Shown: positions 13,626 through 28,174 of the stretch, in pieces
Numbering within the stretch: the stretch's first letter is position 1
Layout: every line of letters begins with the position of its first letter
Assembly (NCBI RefSeq): GCF_006345805.1
Contig: NC_043005.1
Location: 35,216,001-35,280,000 of the forward strand
From: Octopus sinensis
Lineage: Eukaryota
DNA length: 64,000 nucleotides
Reading direction: 5' to 3'
Program-made: the position numbers and the translations under genes
The notes under the pieces: model-generated
What the model was told of the DNA's origin: nothing
Seen by the model: only the letters and a program-made list of their open reading frames with translations
Databases searched by the model: none

Positions 13626-16075
13626 CTGTAAATAGGTACTATATAGAGACTTGGTTAACATCCATAAATGGGAACCCAGTATAGATGACAGGTATCTTAT
13701 TAACATAACACTGAGTTCAAACCTCTTGATCAGCAGAGAGAAGGTCATCAGAGAACTATTCCTGTGGAATCACTACATGCAAAAGACCAAATGGGCCAAT
13801 ATGACTTTACACCATTTCATTAAACTGCTGGATACAATTAATTATTCTGTTAATTAACTGATTATATCCTCTGGTCTAACAACTGATACAGCTTTCACTT
13901 AATATAACTGTCATTTTTTTTATCAGTATTGAGTACAATGAGTATAGTGAAGGATTCCTGGTTGAAGTAGGGACCCAATTTCAGTTTACTTCATATATCT
14001 TTATTAATTTTTTATTGTTTCACTGCTAAAAGCTTATACAAACTATTTTTAGTGTAAAATTTATAAAGTATCATCCATATTATGTTAGTTTAGTTCTGGT
14101 GTCTCGCTTGCCACTTAGGTGGGCACCAGGTATAACAACTACTTAAGGGGTGGGGGCACTGTTTGCGTTTGTCCCCTCACCCTTCACCACCATTGCTTGA
14201 CAGCTGGTGGTTAGTGTGTTTATGTCCCCATAACTTGGCAGTTCAGCAAAAGCTTGGTAGAGTAAATACCAGGTTTATAAAACAAAAAATAAATACAGGG
14301 GATCAATTCATTTGACTAAAAAATTCTTCAAGGTGGTGACTGAAAGGTAAAGATAAAGGGTAACCACTGCTCCCTATGGTCGCTGGATCTGCTAAAAATA
14401 GCAGCCAAATAAATTGTAGTTTAACCATATTTCATTATTTTATTCAGCAAATTTTGTACTAAGCAATCTTACTAGTTACGATGAGTTAAAGCAACTACTC
14501 ACTCCTCTACTTGATTGTTAACAGAGGCACAAGACCAGCAATTAGGAGGGAGAGAAGGAGGGAGGGAATAGGTGATTAACCTAACCCCAGTATGTGTTCT
14601 TTATTTTATTGTACCTGGAAGGATGATAAGCAAAGCTGACCTTAGTGGGATTTGAACTTGGAATGTTAAGGACCATAACTAAACACTGCATGCCATTTTG
14701 TTTGATAATCTAATGATTCTACCTGCTATCAGATGGCTTATTAAACAATTCTAAGTAATCCATTGGACAAATATAGAAAAATACCAGACTTAAAATAAAT
14801 ACAGGGGTTGATTTGTTCCACTAAAACCCTTCAAGATGGTGTCCCAGCATGGGCAGCAGTCTAATGACTGAAATAAGTAAAATAAAGATTAGGTTGGTTA
14901 TGACTGGAATGCAATTGATCACAGATCTTTGCTCAGTCAGGGCTGACCTAGGGTTAAACGGTAATATGTAGTTGTTCATAGGGAGGGCGGTGGTTTAGGC
15001 TCCCTATCGCCTACACAACAGCCTCCACCCCTAACCCTACACAACCTGGGAGGTGGGGGCTTCCCCTCCCTCCTACTACCAACATCAACTGACAACCTTC
15101 AACTTCTGGCCCCATATATAGAGCAGCAGGTGTGTGTGGTGTCAAATGACACCCTTCCCTCCCCACCATACAGCCAACAAAATGGAGGAAGGGTCACATG
15201 ACCTGTTTAGAAAAAGCAATGAAACTACCTTAAAATTTCCTACTTCCATATCTTTTTTTTTATTTAAAAAAAGTAACATTAGATAACAAGATTCCTACAT
15301 AGACCTTAGAAAAGACAGGATAGTTGGTCACAAATAGACCGGCTTTGATCATAGGTGTTTTGTTAGTTATATCAGAGTCAACCTGGAGGCTAACCACACT
15401 GTCACCAATTTAATATACACAGACTGAAGTGGGGCTAATGGCAAAGCAGCAAGAAGAAGTGTGCATTAACAGGAGAACTGTGTTGGTAGAAGGATGAGGA
15501 AGAGAAAATGTTGAAGTGGGAGAGAAGGGAGGATGAGTGGGAGTAAAGTGAGTCCTTGTGATAATAAAAAGGAGTTGGAGGCAGTGTCACAATAACTACC
15601 TGCTGAGGACATGACTAAAGGCAGAGGTATGTCTGTTATTCACCTGTAGACAGGGGGTAGGCGGAAGGGGCAAGAAGAGAAAAATGTGAAGGGGACAGAG
15701 GGGGCATTGGAATGATAGAAAGGGGAGAGTTTAGACTAAGTCTTGCAGTAGAGTAGGGGTGGATGGGGTTAAAGAAAGAAAATGTTAGGATCTCCAAAGA
15801 AAAAAAAAACCCAAAATTTTGAGGTTGGATGGAAAGACAGATAGTGGTGGTGGTGGTGGGGAGGCTCCATCTCATTATGAAAAGCCAGAACAGGTAAAAC
15901 AATGGCTGGGAATGATGTTATATCAGTAACAAGGGACCCAACAGAAGAAAGAGTATTGCAAGAAATAACAGCCAAATTTCAAATTACAACTTGCCGTCTT
16001 AAAAAGAGGAGGGACAGTACATAGACTAAAAAATATAGCTCTCTCTCTCTCTGTCTCTCTCCACACACACATATA

Positions 16076-16134
<59 letters not shown>

Positions 16135-16627
16135 TATATATATATAATATATCTTCTTGTAGATAGGGTTAGGGTGGGTTTAAGAGATGTACTTAAAATA
16201 ACCAAGACAGCCAAAACTCCACCAACACCAACACCACACCCTGCCCACGCCACCAATACCAGACTAGCCATTATTTTATGTATAAGTAAACCCTTTAAGA
16301 GGAATACTCTGGTGGTTTTAATACTGAAAAGATAACCCAAAGCACAGGGGTTATGAGGAATCTTCACACACACACACTAACAACTATGAACATCCTCTTG
16401 TCTTTTCTCTCTTTCTGACACATACACAAATATTCAATTCACAGAAACATATACTCATTTATGCATACAAACATACACAATCAGACACATTTGTGAATGT
16501 GTATATGATGTGGGTATAATAAATATTATACATATACATCCTTTCTTCCTTCCGGGCAGCCCTCAATTGTTGCTGGTACCACAGGATGGTCATGTGGTCA
16601 TGTACAGTAATATTTTGGACAATTTAA

Positions 16628-16845
16628 CCCTTTAGCACTTAGATTACTTTCTCAAATATGATGCTTACTAATTCACATTATTTTGAATTAATCATGCATT
16701 GCCTTATAGCTTAGAGACTTCAATGATGTGATTGTATATTTCTAGAAGGACATTGTAGGATAAGTGTGAGAAGCAGGATCTAGCCAGTTTGAATATAATA
16801 AAACAGGCAGAATATTTGAGCCATATGACTGATTTAAATGCTGAC
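16628..16845. mobile_element. piggyBac-like MITE (TTAA-CCCTTTAGCA end), right end decayed
   Basis: TTAA at 16624-16627 followed by CCCTTTAGCA; interior is the reverse complement of 21877-22092. Confidence 0.65.
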
Positions 16846-19800
16846 ATGTGAAACTTGGCAGAGTCCATCCCTTCCTACATTTGATTAGAGCTGATGTCTT
16901 CTTCTTCTGAGAGAGACAGAGAAAGAGAGGAGGTAGAAAAAGAAAAATATATATATACCCATATAATGTATGAACATGGAAATGAATATATAGGCATATA
17001 TATATGTCTGTGTGTGCAAGTGAGAGCATGCATTTATTTTACTAAGTGTTCATTGGCTTATCAAAATGCTTAGGTGAATTTCTTTAACCAATAATATTGA
17101 GGCTAAATAAGGGTCAAATAATAACCCTTTCTACTATAGGCACAAGGCCTGAAATTTTGGGGGTGAGGATAAGTCGATGTAATCAACTCCTGTGTTCAAT
17201 TGGTACTTATTTTATTGACCACAAAAGGATGAAAGGTAAAGTCAACCTTGGCAGAATTTGAACTCAGAACATAACGACAGGCAAAATACTACTAAGCATT
17301 TCTTATGTTATGCTAATGACCCTACCAGGCATGCATTTCTCTCTCTCTCTCTCTCTCACTCACTCAATAATAATAAAATGACTGAATACCTAATTTTCCA
17401 TGAGACAGGTGTCACTGATGATTTATTCAGGTTTAAATCACAACCATTATATACAATCATACAGAATTAAAAAAAAAAGTTTTATTTTTTTTTTGTTTTG
17501 TTACTCTAAAAAAAAAAAAAATACTGTAGAGAAAAATCATTGATATCTGCACAGGTTTCAGCTAGAGGCTGTGGCCATGCTGGAAGAGCTTTGAAAATCT
17601 AAATTCATGTTGGATAGATTCTGAGGGCTTTTTCACTACTTGAGTTTTTAAATGTTTACTTAATTAAATTACAAGTATTAACTAATTAAAATTAGAAACA
17701 AAATTCTTTACAGACAACCACTGTTGCTGTTGTTTAACCGAAGATCAGTAGTGACCTAGATCAACCAGTATAGTGCTATGTTTAAAGACAGTCAAACCTG
17801 GACCATCCCATTTTATCTTCAGCAATAGTGTGCACCAGATGACACTATTCAATGTGTTCAACTTTTTTCAAAGAAATAGGGTGAAGTTTGAGGAGGTTTT
17901 GGTTGTTTTTCTAGCATGTCAAGTGACTTGTAATAGAAACCAGAGTCAAGCCTTTTCAAGAAAGACTTTAAAAATATCATTCATAAATGTTGACAAAATT
18001 ATTATATTTGTTAATGTTCAGTTAATTAATTTGTCTTCAGTTAATTACCTTTTTTTTTTTTTTAGTTTATTAATATTTTTTTGTCACTGGAAAAACAGGT
18101 GCCTGTCCCTTGTAAAATTACTGATTCATGAAGAAGCGGGCCAAATGGATCTATAACACTTCTTTCTTTGTCTGTCTGACCGTCGCCAATCCCCTTGCTT
18201 TTCGTGTGTGTGAATGTGTATGTTAATGTATGCAAGTGTACATGTGTGTATTAGTGTTACATCAGATAAATTTTATCCAACAGTGGGTTCAGGTCATGTG
18301 TAACTTAATACTGTCACCTGAGTCTGTATGTATGTGCTTGCATATGTAAACATGTCTATATGTAAAGCATGTATGTAAATATATAACTATATGTATGTGT
18401 GTGCGCGTGTGTGTGTGTATGTATGTATGTGTGTATATATGCTCATGAGGTGACACCAGAGATATTATATATGAAAGCCATCCTAACTGACAAACCCATT
18501 CATGAAATTTGGTTGTTCTGAATAGCTAAAGAAAAAATGATGCAGGAGAATAATTAATAATAATTAATAATGTATTTTAATGAATTCCTTGGTTGTTTAT
18601 CAAAATTAATTAAGTGAGGAAATAAGGAAAGGGTTGGAATTAAAGGGAAAATTAAAAACATAGGTTCATTAAATTAAAAGAATGTCTAATTATTAATTGA
18701 GCTAGTTCTCTTTCTTGTACAGTTCAGAAGCTGTCAAATGTTAATATGCATGGTTGCATGGTTAAGAAGACTCCTTTTCAGTCATGAGATTTCAGGCTCA
18801 ATCCCACAGTGTCACTTTTCAATCTCACATTGTATCACTGATCGAAGCCTTGGGAGTGGATTTGGTAGAAGGAAACTGAAAGAAGCCTATTGTGTGTGTG
18901 TGAGTGTGTACTTGTGTGCTTGTATTATTTTGTCCTGACACTGCCTGATAGTTCTAAATGAGTGCCACTGTCATAAATGTGGTGTCACTCATTTCCAATA
19001 TTCTGTAAAAAACGTGTCTTGCCATCGGGTAACATAGCCTTGCTTGGAAACAGGCAAGGGTTAGTGGCAGGATGGGGATCTAACCATAGAAAATCTGCCT
19101 CAATAAACTCTGTCCTATCCATGGAAGCATGAAAATGTGAAAGTTAAAATGATGATGATGATGTGTGGTCAAAAAGCTTTCTTCTCAACCATGTGGTTTC
19201 AGTTTCAGTTCCACTACACACACCTTGGGCGCATGTCTTCTATGTTAGAAGACCAATATCTTGTGAGTGAATTTAGTAAACTAAATCTGTGTGCAAACTC
19301 TATCAAACACACACACACAAACTGGTCTTCTTTTACTCATAAGTATTTGGTCTACCAAATGCTATGGAAAAAAAAAACTTGTTCAAGGTGCTGACAGTGA
19401 GACTGAACTTGAAACGATGTGGTTGGAAAAAATAAACTTCTTAACCACACGGCCATTCACATACACACACGTGTATGTGTTTTATATATGTGTGTGTTTT
19501 ATTTATATATATAATATATTATATATATATGTGTGTGTGTGTATTAGAGTGATTGCAGGTTGTTCCATAAACATAGCAGCATTGAAACACTGTTGACACA
19601 TTTATGAAATACACACACACATATATATATATACATATACACACATAAACATACACATGTGCACCCACACACATATAAAACAAAGGGAAAGAGCAAGGTG
19701 ATGGTTATGATTATACCCTTGGGTAATTAATATGATTTCCTGTGAGTAGTAACTTACCCAAGACTATCTCTAGAATCCTGCTGCCAAACCCAAGTTTCCT

Positions 19801-19899
19801 CTCATTGAGCCATTATTCTGATGCCAAGTATGTCAGTGGGAATAGCAGTTTATTTCTAATTATGCATGAAACATCTTTTCACAAGACAAATGAACTTAC

Positions 19900-19908
19900 C
19901 TGTCTTCT
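19900..19908 (-). CDS. Candidate 9-nt microexon (AGAAGACAG)
   Basis: TTGTTTTATTTTTTTAATTTAG|AGAAGACAG|GTAAGT; consensus splice sites, frame-preserving length. Confidence 0.3.
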
Positions 19909-20218
19909 CTAAATTAAAAAAATAAAACAATAGATGGCAGTGCAGGCCCATCATTTGTACCCATGGGTTGGTTCCTTCAGTCAGTTACTTTTGAATTTCA
20001 TTTCTCCAAGGTAAATAATGCTATTTTTGGATTTAGAATCAGGTTAATTTTCTATGTTAAAGTATTGCCTTGGGTCCTCAACTCATGATTAAGTTGTAGG
20101 GGCACAGTCATCATAAACAGCATACTTTGGGGGCATTTTTAGACCTGCTGGAGCTCATCTCTTTCTACCTTTGATTACAGCAGATGTCTTCTGTATGTGT
20201 GTGTGTGCGCGTGCATGC

Positions 20219-20278
<60 letters not shown>

Positions 20279-20460
20279 GGAGAGAAGAAGAAGACTTCAG
20301 TCAGCTCCAGTAGATGACTGCTAGTTTATTTAGTAGCCCTGGATGAAAGCCAAAGTTGACCTTGACAGGATTTGAGCTCACAGCACGGAGAGCTGGAAAC
20401 TATACTGCAAAAGCAATTGCTTGACACTGATAACTTACTTTATTCACCACACCTTGTTGA

Positions 20461-21069
20461 CTCTTTTGATGCCAACCTGCCTGAGATTTCTGATTAAGTG
20501 ATGCAAATTTCCTGTTTGAAAGTCATCTAAAAAGGCTTTTATCAAAATTTCATATCACTAGCTTAATGACAAAGTTTCGTTTTTGGATTTGGTCAGCAAG
20601 ATTTTTTATGCGAGTTCATGTGTTGAAGCATATTCTATCATATTTCCACTGATTTCTTTTCTATTTTTCTTAAATTTTCGTTGTGTCTTGCAACCTTTCA
20701 ATTGAAAAGGTTGCAAGACACAACAAAAATTTTACAAAAAGAAATAAGTGGAAATTTTACCAGTGAGTGTGTTAAATTATAAGGCTCTAAAAGAGAATGA
20801 CTCTCTCCAGACACAACAGAATGACAAAGTTGTTTTACTAAAAATTCTTCATTTTCTAAATTAACTAAAACAAAGGTAGTGTATTTAACTGATATATGGT
20901 AACAAAAGTGTCAATGTGCTCAAATTTGAAATCTTCCATCAAAATTTCATATTAATTTATGTTCCAAACAACAGTTGAATAATAAGTTATTTTACTAAAT
21001 TCTTCATTATTCCCCAAATTAATTAAAAAATGGGTATTGTATTTCAACAGAAATATTTTAACAAAAAGG
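20461..21069. mobile_element. piggyBac-like MITE with an inserted palindrome
   Basis: Left TTGA-CTCTTTTGAT, right ACAAAAAGG-TTAA; 3' part similar to 12690-12837, which also ends AAAAGGG-TTAA. Confidence 0.55.
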
Positions 21070-21876
21070 TTAATTTGAATTATGCAGCTTAATAAGTAAT
21101 CAACATCGTTTATTTTGTTTCAGTGATGATGCTTTAAGTTGGTCTTGATGAAAATTGAATGGCAACCAGAAGCCTCCTGGTAGTGAAGAATAACACCAGA
21201 ACATTTCTAACCATAATACCCACAGGGCCAAGGAGAGGAAACAGCTATCGGATGGTACCTCTAGACAGGTATTTTACTGAGTTGACATCAGTTTACCTCT
21301 ATTACAACAGGTTCCACCCTACTAAAAATTTGCTAAAGAAATCTGCTCCTTTACATTTATTTTTACTTAGCAAACAAAACATTTTCATCAAATGTCTAAA
21401 CCACTTCAATGATCATCTTTCTCTCTGTGTCTCTATTTCTCTTTTTGCTTTCTAACTCTCCCTTTTTGATTTTTTTCCCTTTCTCTCTCTCTGCTAAACC
21501 ACAGAAGGGATTATCCATTGAATTTTTCTCTATTCAAATGCCAATATTGTTCACTCCAACAGCTGAAATGTTCTTGTGAAAAAAGAAGCTGCATATTTGT
21601 GTGAACGTTCTTGTGTTACAAAAAAATATTTGAATAATGAGAAACACTGCTGTAGCAAGAATGTCCATGAGGGTTTGCTAAACATGAGTAATTTCTCTGA
21701 AAATCCCAGAGATAGAACCAGAAATGTTACACTGTGTTCCTGTTGACAGAATGAAATAGTAATAAGTCTAATTTCAGACTGATGTAAACTTTACTAAATC
21801 ATTTTTGTCACCTAAAGCACTCAGTGTTCTTACTAAATCAGAATTTGAAACTACTAGAGAATTATGAAACTTTTGA

Positions 21877-22092
21877 CCCTTTAGCATTTAAACCAGCCAT
21901 ATAAAGTCCAAATATTCTACCTGTTTTATGTTCAAACCAGTCAGCTCTGACCTCTCACTACTTTCTATGTTATTGTAAAAATAAACAATCACTTCATCAA
22001 AATCTTAAAGCTATGTGATAATGCATGGCTAATTCAAAACAATGAAAATAAATGAAAATTACAATTGATTAAGTAATCCGAATGCTAAAGAA
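21877..22092. mobile_element. piggyBac-like MITE
   Basis: TIRs CCCTTTAGCATT / AATGCTAAAGAA, flanked by TTGA and TTAA. Confidence 0.7.
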
Positions 22093-22399
22093 TTAAGGAA
22101 GGCAAATTAATCAAAATATATAAAAGATATGAAATGGAAAGCAGCAGCAGTAGAGTTAGTGAAGGCTAAAGTGCACAATTATTATTGTAGAGAGATCACA
22201 TCATACTACCACACTCTGTCAACCAGATAATCAGATGTCCTAATACATTGGTGGTCCCAATGTGTTTCCATTCTTTTCTTGACTACATCTATCTGTTCTC
22301 TTGTATATTGAAGTAATTTGGGATCAAATGTTAAAAAGAAACAACTCACAACATACATTATGTTATGTTTAGGAATGAAATACATTGTTTTTAGCAAGA

Positions 22400-22800
22400 A
22401 TTGAAGAATGACCTCAGGAAGCTGAACCTTTCTGGTGAGATGACAAAGGACCAAGCTACCTGGTGCCTGGCTGTACTCAAGACCCGTATTCCACAGCAAA
22501 AGTGTTAAGGCTAATCCTTCTGGTGCTGTAAAGCACTCATGGCATGGTCACATAAAAGCATTATAAAAATGCCCATACAGTTCCATAGAAAGTGCCTGTG
22601 CAGTGCCATGTAAAAGCATTCATGTGGTGCCATGTAAAAGCACCCAGTAGACTCTGTAAAGTGGTTGGTGTTAGGAAGAGCACCATGCCAAATCAGACTG
22701 GAGTCTAGTGCAGCCCCTCAGCTTGCCAGCTGTAGTCATACTGTCCAACCCATGCCAGCATGGACAAAAGATGCTAAATGATGATAAATGATGATCAATG
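22400..22800 (+). mobile_element. Decayed RTE 3' end
   Basis: Encodes LKNDLRKLNLSGEMTKDQATWCLAVLKTR, then family 3'UTR and (ATG)n-like tail. Confidence 0.7.
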
Positions 22801-23219
22801 ATGAAATAGGGTTAAATTTGCTACTGATTTCTAGAGAGTTGATAAATATGGTGTATATAGTGAAGGTCAAATCTACTGAATTATAAGAGAGTGATAGGTT
22901 TTGTCCCTCCCTTGTAAATTTGTGACCTTGTGAACATGTAAGAAATCCTCCTTTATATCATCATATTATTATTATGACTGTGAATTAGAAGAATCATTAG
23001 TGTGCTGAACAAAATGCTTAGCAGGTTTTCTTTTGAATCTTTACATTTTGGGCTCTGATCTTAACATGGTTGATTTTGCCTTTTGTTGTTTTGGGGGGTG
23101 GGTCAAGAAAGAAAAAAAAAACAGTTAAACATTGGGGGTCGTTGTAACTGACTAACTCCTTTCCAAAACCGATGACTTAGTGTCAACATTCTATTATTAT
23201 CCTTATCATTATTATTATT

Positions 23220-23435
23220 AGGGTGGTGAGCTGGCAGAATCGTTAGTATGCCAGATGAAATGCTTAGGGGTATTTCACCCATTGTTATGTTCTGAGTTTA
23301 AATTCTGCCAAGGTTACTTTACTTTTCATCCTTTTGGGGTCGATAAAATAAGTACCAGTTGAACACTGGAGTTGATGTAATCAACTCATCCTCTCCCCCA
23401 AAATTGCTGCCCTTGTGACAAAATTTGAAACCATT
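23220..23435 (+). mobile_element. Old family A SINE, CpG-decayed
   Basis: Colinear with 61678-61911; most CpGs converted to TpG/CpA. Confidence 0.8.
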
Positions 23436-23703
23436 ATTATTATTATTATTATTATTATAATTATTATTAGTCTTTGTTTCCCCCATTTCCAGGTGAAGCA
23501 TTCAGTGTAGATACATCCCCAAACAACAGACTCACAACCCTTATCATGGATGGGGCAAGCTCCCTGGCCAGACTTATATTTGTCAAGTCCTCTCCTCCAC
23601 AGTTCTCAACAAGCTTTACTTCACCTTCAATGCCCATCTCATTGCAGATTTCACTGCAGAAAGAATCATTGGTCTTTGTGTCATACTTGGCTGAGTAACT
23701 CAC

Positions 23704-23721
23704 AAGTTATTCAGCTTTATC
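23704..23721 (-). CDS. Candidate 18-nt microexon
   Basis: CTTTTTACAG|GATAAAGCTGAATAACTT|GTGAGT; only phase 2 is stop-free (IKLNN). Confidence 0.28.
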
Positions 23722-25029
23722 CTGTAAAAAGGTCAGCAACAACAGCTATTCATTTCAACTAAGTCTTTTGTAATGTTTAGGAGTTCCTCTGAAGGAACTG
23801 GGAGAAACTGTAAGGGAAAAGTGTCAACTAACTATATTAATTAATTGAATGGGGAAGGTGAGAAGTTAACAAAGATTATTTGGTAAAATAACAGCAAGGG
23901 GTTAATTAAAGTTAGTCGTGTGAATATGCTAAATAAATCTAATCAGTGAGATAAATTAGTTTCATAAAACAATAACAAAATAAATACACAAGAAACAAAA
24001 CAATGATAAAAAAAAATGATGTATTGAATAAATAACAAAAATTACAGAAAAACTAATAATAATAGTTACAAAATAAAAATGACAATAACTAAAAAAAAAA
24101 GGACTCCCCAGATAGGGACCAGATTTAGTAAATTACTGGGAATTACACTGGATCTGTTAAGGATTATCAAAACATACAGTTATCCTTCAAGTCTTTCTCC
24201 TGCTTCTTTTCAACCAAATGGAGAAAAACAGAACCCACCTCAAAAAAAAAAAAAAAAAAAGCAGACAACCCACACCACAAAAAAAAAGCTTCTATATTTT
24301 CAGTCTTTTAAAGGTTACAAAAAAAAAAAGAGGAAAATGAATGGAAAAGCAAGTTAAGTGTAAAACTAGGATGTTAAAAAGGTGAAGAGAAAAAGAGAAA
24401 AAGGAATACAAGAACAATAACATCAGAACCATCATGTTATCATGGTCATCTTTAAAACTCATAAATTACACACACACACAAACACTTGCATACACACAGA
24501 CATAGACATACACACACACTCATAAACACACATAAAGATTGCAGTCTGTTCTTGTGGGAAGAAAATGAAACGTTTAATTAATAAAAAATAATAATAAATG
24601 AAAAAAAAAAAGAGAATCAATTGAAAAAAACTCATAAAAAGAAGAAAATAAAATTGGAGGAATTAATTAATAGGAAATAAAAAAATAAAACCTAATTAAA
24701 GATGATTTTGTGACTTTGTTTGTATAACTACGCTATTTGGGTTTTTCTTACTTTTGCGTATAGTCATAAGTCTGTATGAAATGCAACATGTGCTTTTACT
24801 TAAGTGTGTGTGTGCATTACATATACATATATAATCTCTGTAGAAAGAACATACATGCTTGCTCATTCATATATATATATATATATAATGACTATAAAGA
24901 TATATACATTTACTGTAATATATCACATATATATATGTGTGTATATGTGTGTGATTACATATATCATATAACATAAGAATATATGCACATATATATATAA
25001 ACTATATATATGTATTATATTCTGTATTT

Positions 25030-25062
<33 letters not shown>

Positions 25063-25125
25063 TTGTGTGTGTATATATATATATATGTGTGTGTGTGTAT
25101 ATATATATATATATGTGTGTGTGTG

Positions 25126-25156
<31 letters not shown>

Positions 25157-25181
25157 ATATATATATGTGTGTGTATATATA

Positions 25182-25248
<67 letters not shown>

Positions 25249-25711
25249 TACACGTTTTAAGTTCCCTGCGTAAAAATGTCCAAGCTGTTTTTGTTTGATA
25301 GACTGAGAGACTTTCCCCTTACTTGGAAGCAAGTGGTATTTGATGACAAGAAGGACTGGCTGTCAAAAACCCAGTCCAAATGTACTCTTCCCTGATCTAT
25401 GCACCGATGCAAGTTTGGAAAAACAGACTTTAAAATGATAATCTCTCATACACACACACACACACTCGTATGAGAAATAGAACTGATACAGGAAAGAATG
25501 TGATACTCTGTGACATTAGCTAACCCCATGGCCATGATGTGACCAAGTGATGAGTAAATATTCTCGATGATAAGCAATAACTTAAACCTTTACATTCATT
25601 AAAAATTTTAAACCAAGCATTGCTATGTTCAGTGAGTCTTCTCACTAACAATATATCAGTGTTGGCACGAACTTAACAATTGACCTTCATCGTGTTTCAG
25701 AGTGATTTACT

Positions 25712-26122
25712 CTCTTTTACTATTTTCCTTGTTTCAGTCATTTGACTGCGGCCATGCTGGAGCACCGCCTTTTGTCGAGCAACTCGACCCCCGGGACTTA
25801 TTCTTTGTAAGCCCAGTACTTATTCTATCGGTCTCTTTTGCCAAACCGCTAAATAACGGGGCCATAAACACACCAGCATTGGTTGTCAAGCGATGTTGGA
25901 TGGGACAGACACAGACACACAAACACACACACACACACATACATATATATACATATATACGACGGGCTTCTTTTCAGTTTCTGTCTACCAAATCCACTCA
26001 CAAGGCTTTGGTCGGCCGAGGCTATAGTAGAAGACACCTACCCAAGGTGCCACACAGTGGGACTGAACCCGGAACCATGTGGTTCGCAAGCAAGCTACTT
26101 ACCACACAGCCACTCCTGCACC
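25712..26122 (-). mobile_element. tRNA-derived CORE-type SINE (family B), near full length
   Basis: Minus strand TGGCTGTGTGG A-box, GGTTCAGTCCC B-box, then GGCACCTTGGG.AGGTGTCTT CORE-like segment; near-identical copies at 30880 and 57236. Confidence 0.9.
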
Positions 26123-27601
26123 TGGTGATTTATTTGAAAAAAAGCCAATATTTTATGTTTATTCCACATTCTAGTTAGTGATTCTCTCAACGCTACTTCA
26201 GTAAAACGTATTGAAGAAAGACTATGAAAAAAGGGACCAGAACAAGACCGGGTTCTTGCTGTAGAGCAACTACATAACTACTCCCATTAGAGAAAATTGG
26301 ATGGTAGTGAATAGGGTGGAGCTAGAAAGAAACAAAATAATGGTGAGAGGTATTAGGGTGGAGCCTATAGGTACAAGGTGAGTAGAAGTAAATGGGGACA
26401 GAAGAACAGAAAGTGTTGGTGGGAAGAGGTTGCAATGTGTGGGAGAGTGAGTGATTGTTCAAGATAGGGTGAGAGGGTGAATATTGAACATGTTGCCGGT
26501 AAGTATTGAAGGCAAGGAAGAGTAGGTGACAACTGTAAAACACACATCCTTTCTACATCTAGTTTTATAAGACCTGTGTATCAAACACATGCTGACCATA
26601 ACCATAACCACCTTTTTAGAGGAATTTATGACCACATTAGATAATGCATCCTTTTTTTGTTCTAAAAGAGAGTATGTGATTTTAGGGAGGATTGGCTTCT
26701 ATTTCTAGCAAGTTGATTGATCTATGTGGGTTCCCTCATTGTCTCTGCCAGCATTGGCTGAAATGGGAATATAGTGCTAGACATTAAATGTTCTGTCAGA
26801 TTCAAGGTGCATAAAATATCAAAGAACAGAGGTATATACAAACAGGTGTCAAATGTAATCAATAACACACTCACACACGTATTATATTGCTTAAACTTTC
26901 ACCTATCACAGTCATCAAAAACAACTTATGTAACACCTGCAATGTAATTTGCATCTATGATTAGGGACGCTAATGATATTTTAAAAAGTATATTTCTTTT
27001 ACTGTATATTTTAAAGTTGTTAAGGAGCAAAACACTTGGGGGTTTTCTTTAGCTTATTTGTAGAGTTTCTTACTGAGGAGGAACTTAATGCAGACATGTC
27101 CAAAAATATACACATAGACACAAGGAAACACACCCTACATTTTATATATATATATATATATATACACATATATATATACATATATAGAAACATACATATA
27201 TACATATATATACATACATACATATACATACATATATGCATACACACACATATACATACATACATATATATATATATACATACATAATACACATACATAT
27301 ATACATACATACACACACACATAATACACATACATATATACATACACACACACACATATATATATATCTCCAAGCACACACACACGTATCCAAGCACACA
27401 CACACACACATCCAAGCACACACACACACACACACACACACACATGCATGCATTAATATATGCATACATAAACATATATAGCATATATGTAGATATATAC
27501 ATATATATATATGCATATACACGCACATGTATACTTACATTTTGACATTTGTATACATATAGATAATTGAAATAAAAATCTTTATAGAAATACACGCGTG
27601 T

Positions 27602-27642
<41 letters not shown>

Positions 27643-28174
27643 GTTCTATGAAATAAGGTCTTAATATTTATTCCCTCAGCACCTTTCCCTTGTCTTTGTC
27701 TTTTAAAAAAACCTTTCACCTCCTCTCTCCACCCATGGCTGTCACACAGAGACAGAAAGGGAGTGGATGTGCTGTTGGTATGTCTGGGTGGTTCTTGTGA
27801 GAAATGGAATTCACCCCTGACAGAGAGAAAAAGATTAAGTGCAAAACTTATTTGGATAATCCAGTATAAATAATGGAATGACCCTCCCTTACACATATAT
27901 GTGTGTTTGCACGCACACATATATGAAGATAAGAAAAAAAGTAAAATGGGGAGAGCAAAATAAGAGAAATGTTACAAAAGGAAAACAAATTTGACCTGGT
28001 CTTCATTAAATTTTCTTCTTTCTGTTGCTCAGCAGAGTGAGAAAGGGGGTGATGTTGACAAAGAAAGGGATATGTATGTGTTTATATATATGCGTGTATG
28101 TATAAAGATATGTAGATAATGTATATGCACATATATACATGTTTGCTTTCATGTGAAGTTATATATCTTTTATC

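Noticed and set aside
21124-21269. Plus-strand exon-like segment with good splice sites
   Set aside because: All three frames have early stops; at most a non-coding exon, with no support
23467-23762. Overlapping 70-78 aa ORFs on both strands
   Set aside because: Several frames are open at once, none has a recognisable domain, and the best minus-strand frame has no good acceptor
25325-25361. Minus-strand 37-nt exon candidate with GTAAGG donor
   Set aside because: The sequence matches the repeat segment CTTGTTTCCAAGTAAGG found in other copies
15636-26547. Proline/serine-rich minus-strand frames at 15.6-15.9 kb and 26.3-26.5 kb, possibly CR1/L2 C-termini
   Set aside because: The similarity is too weak to support by eye; it would need a profile search
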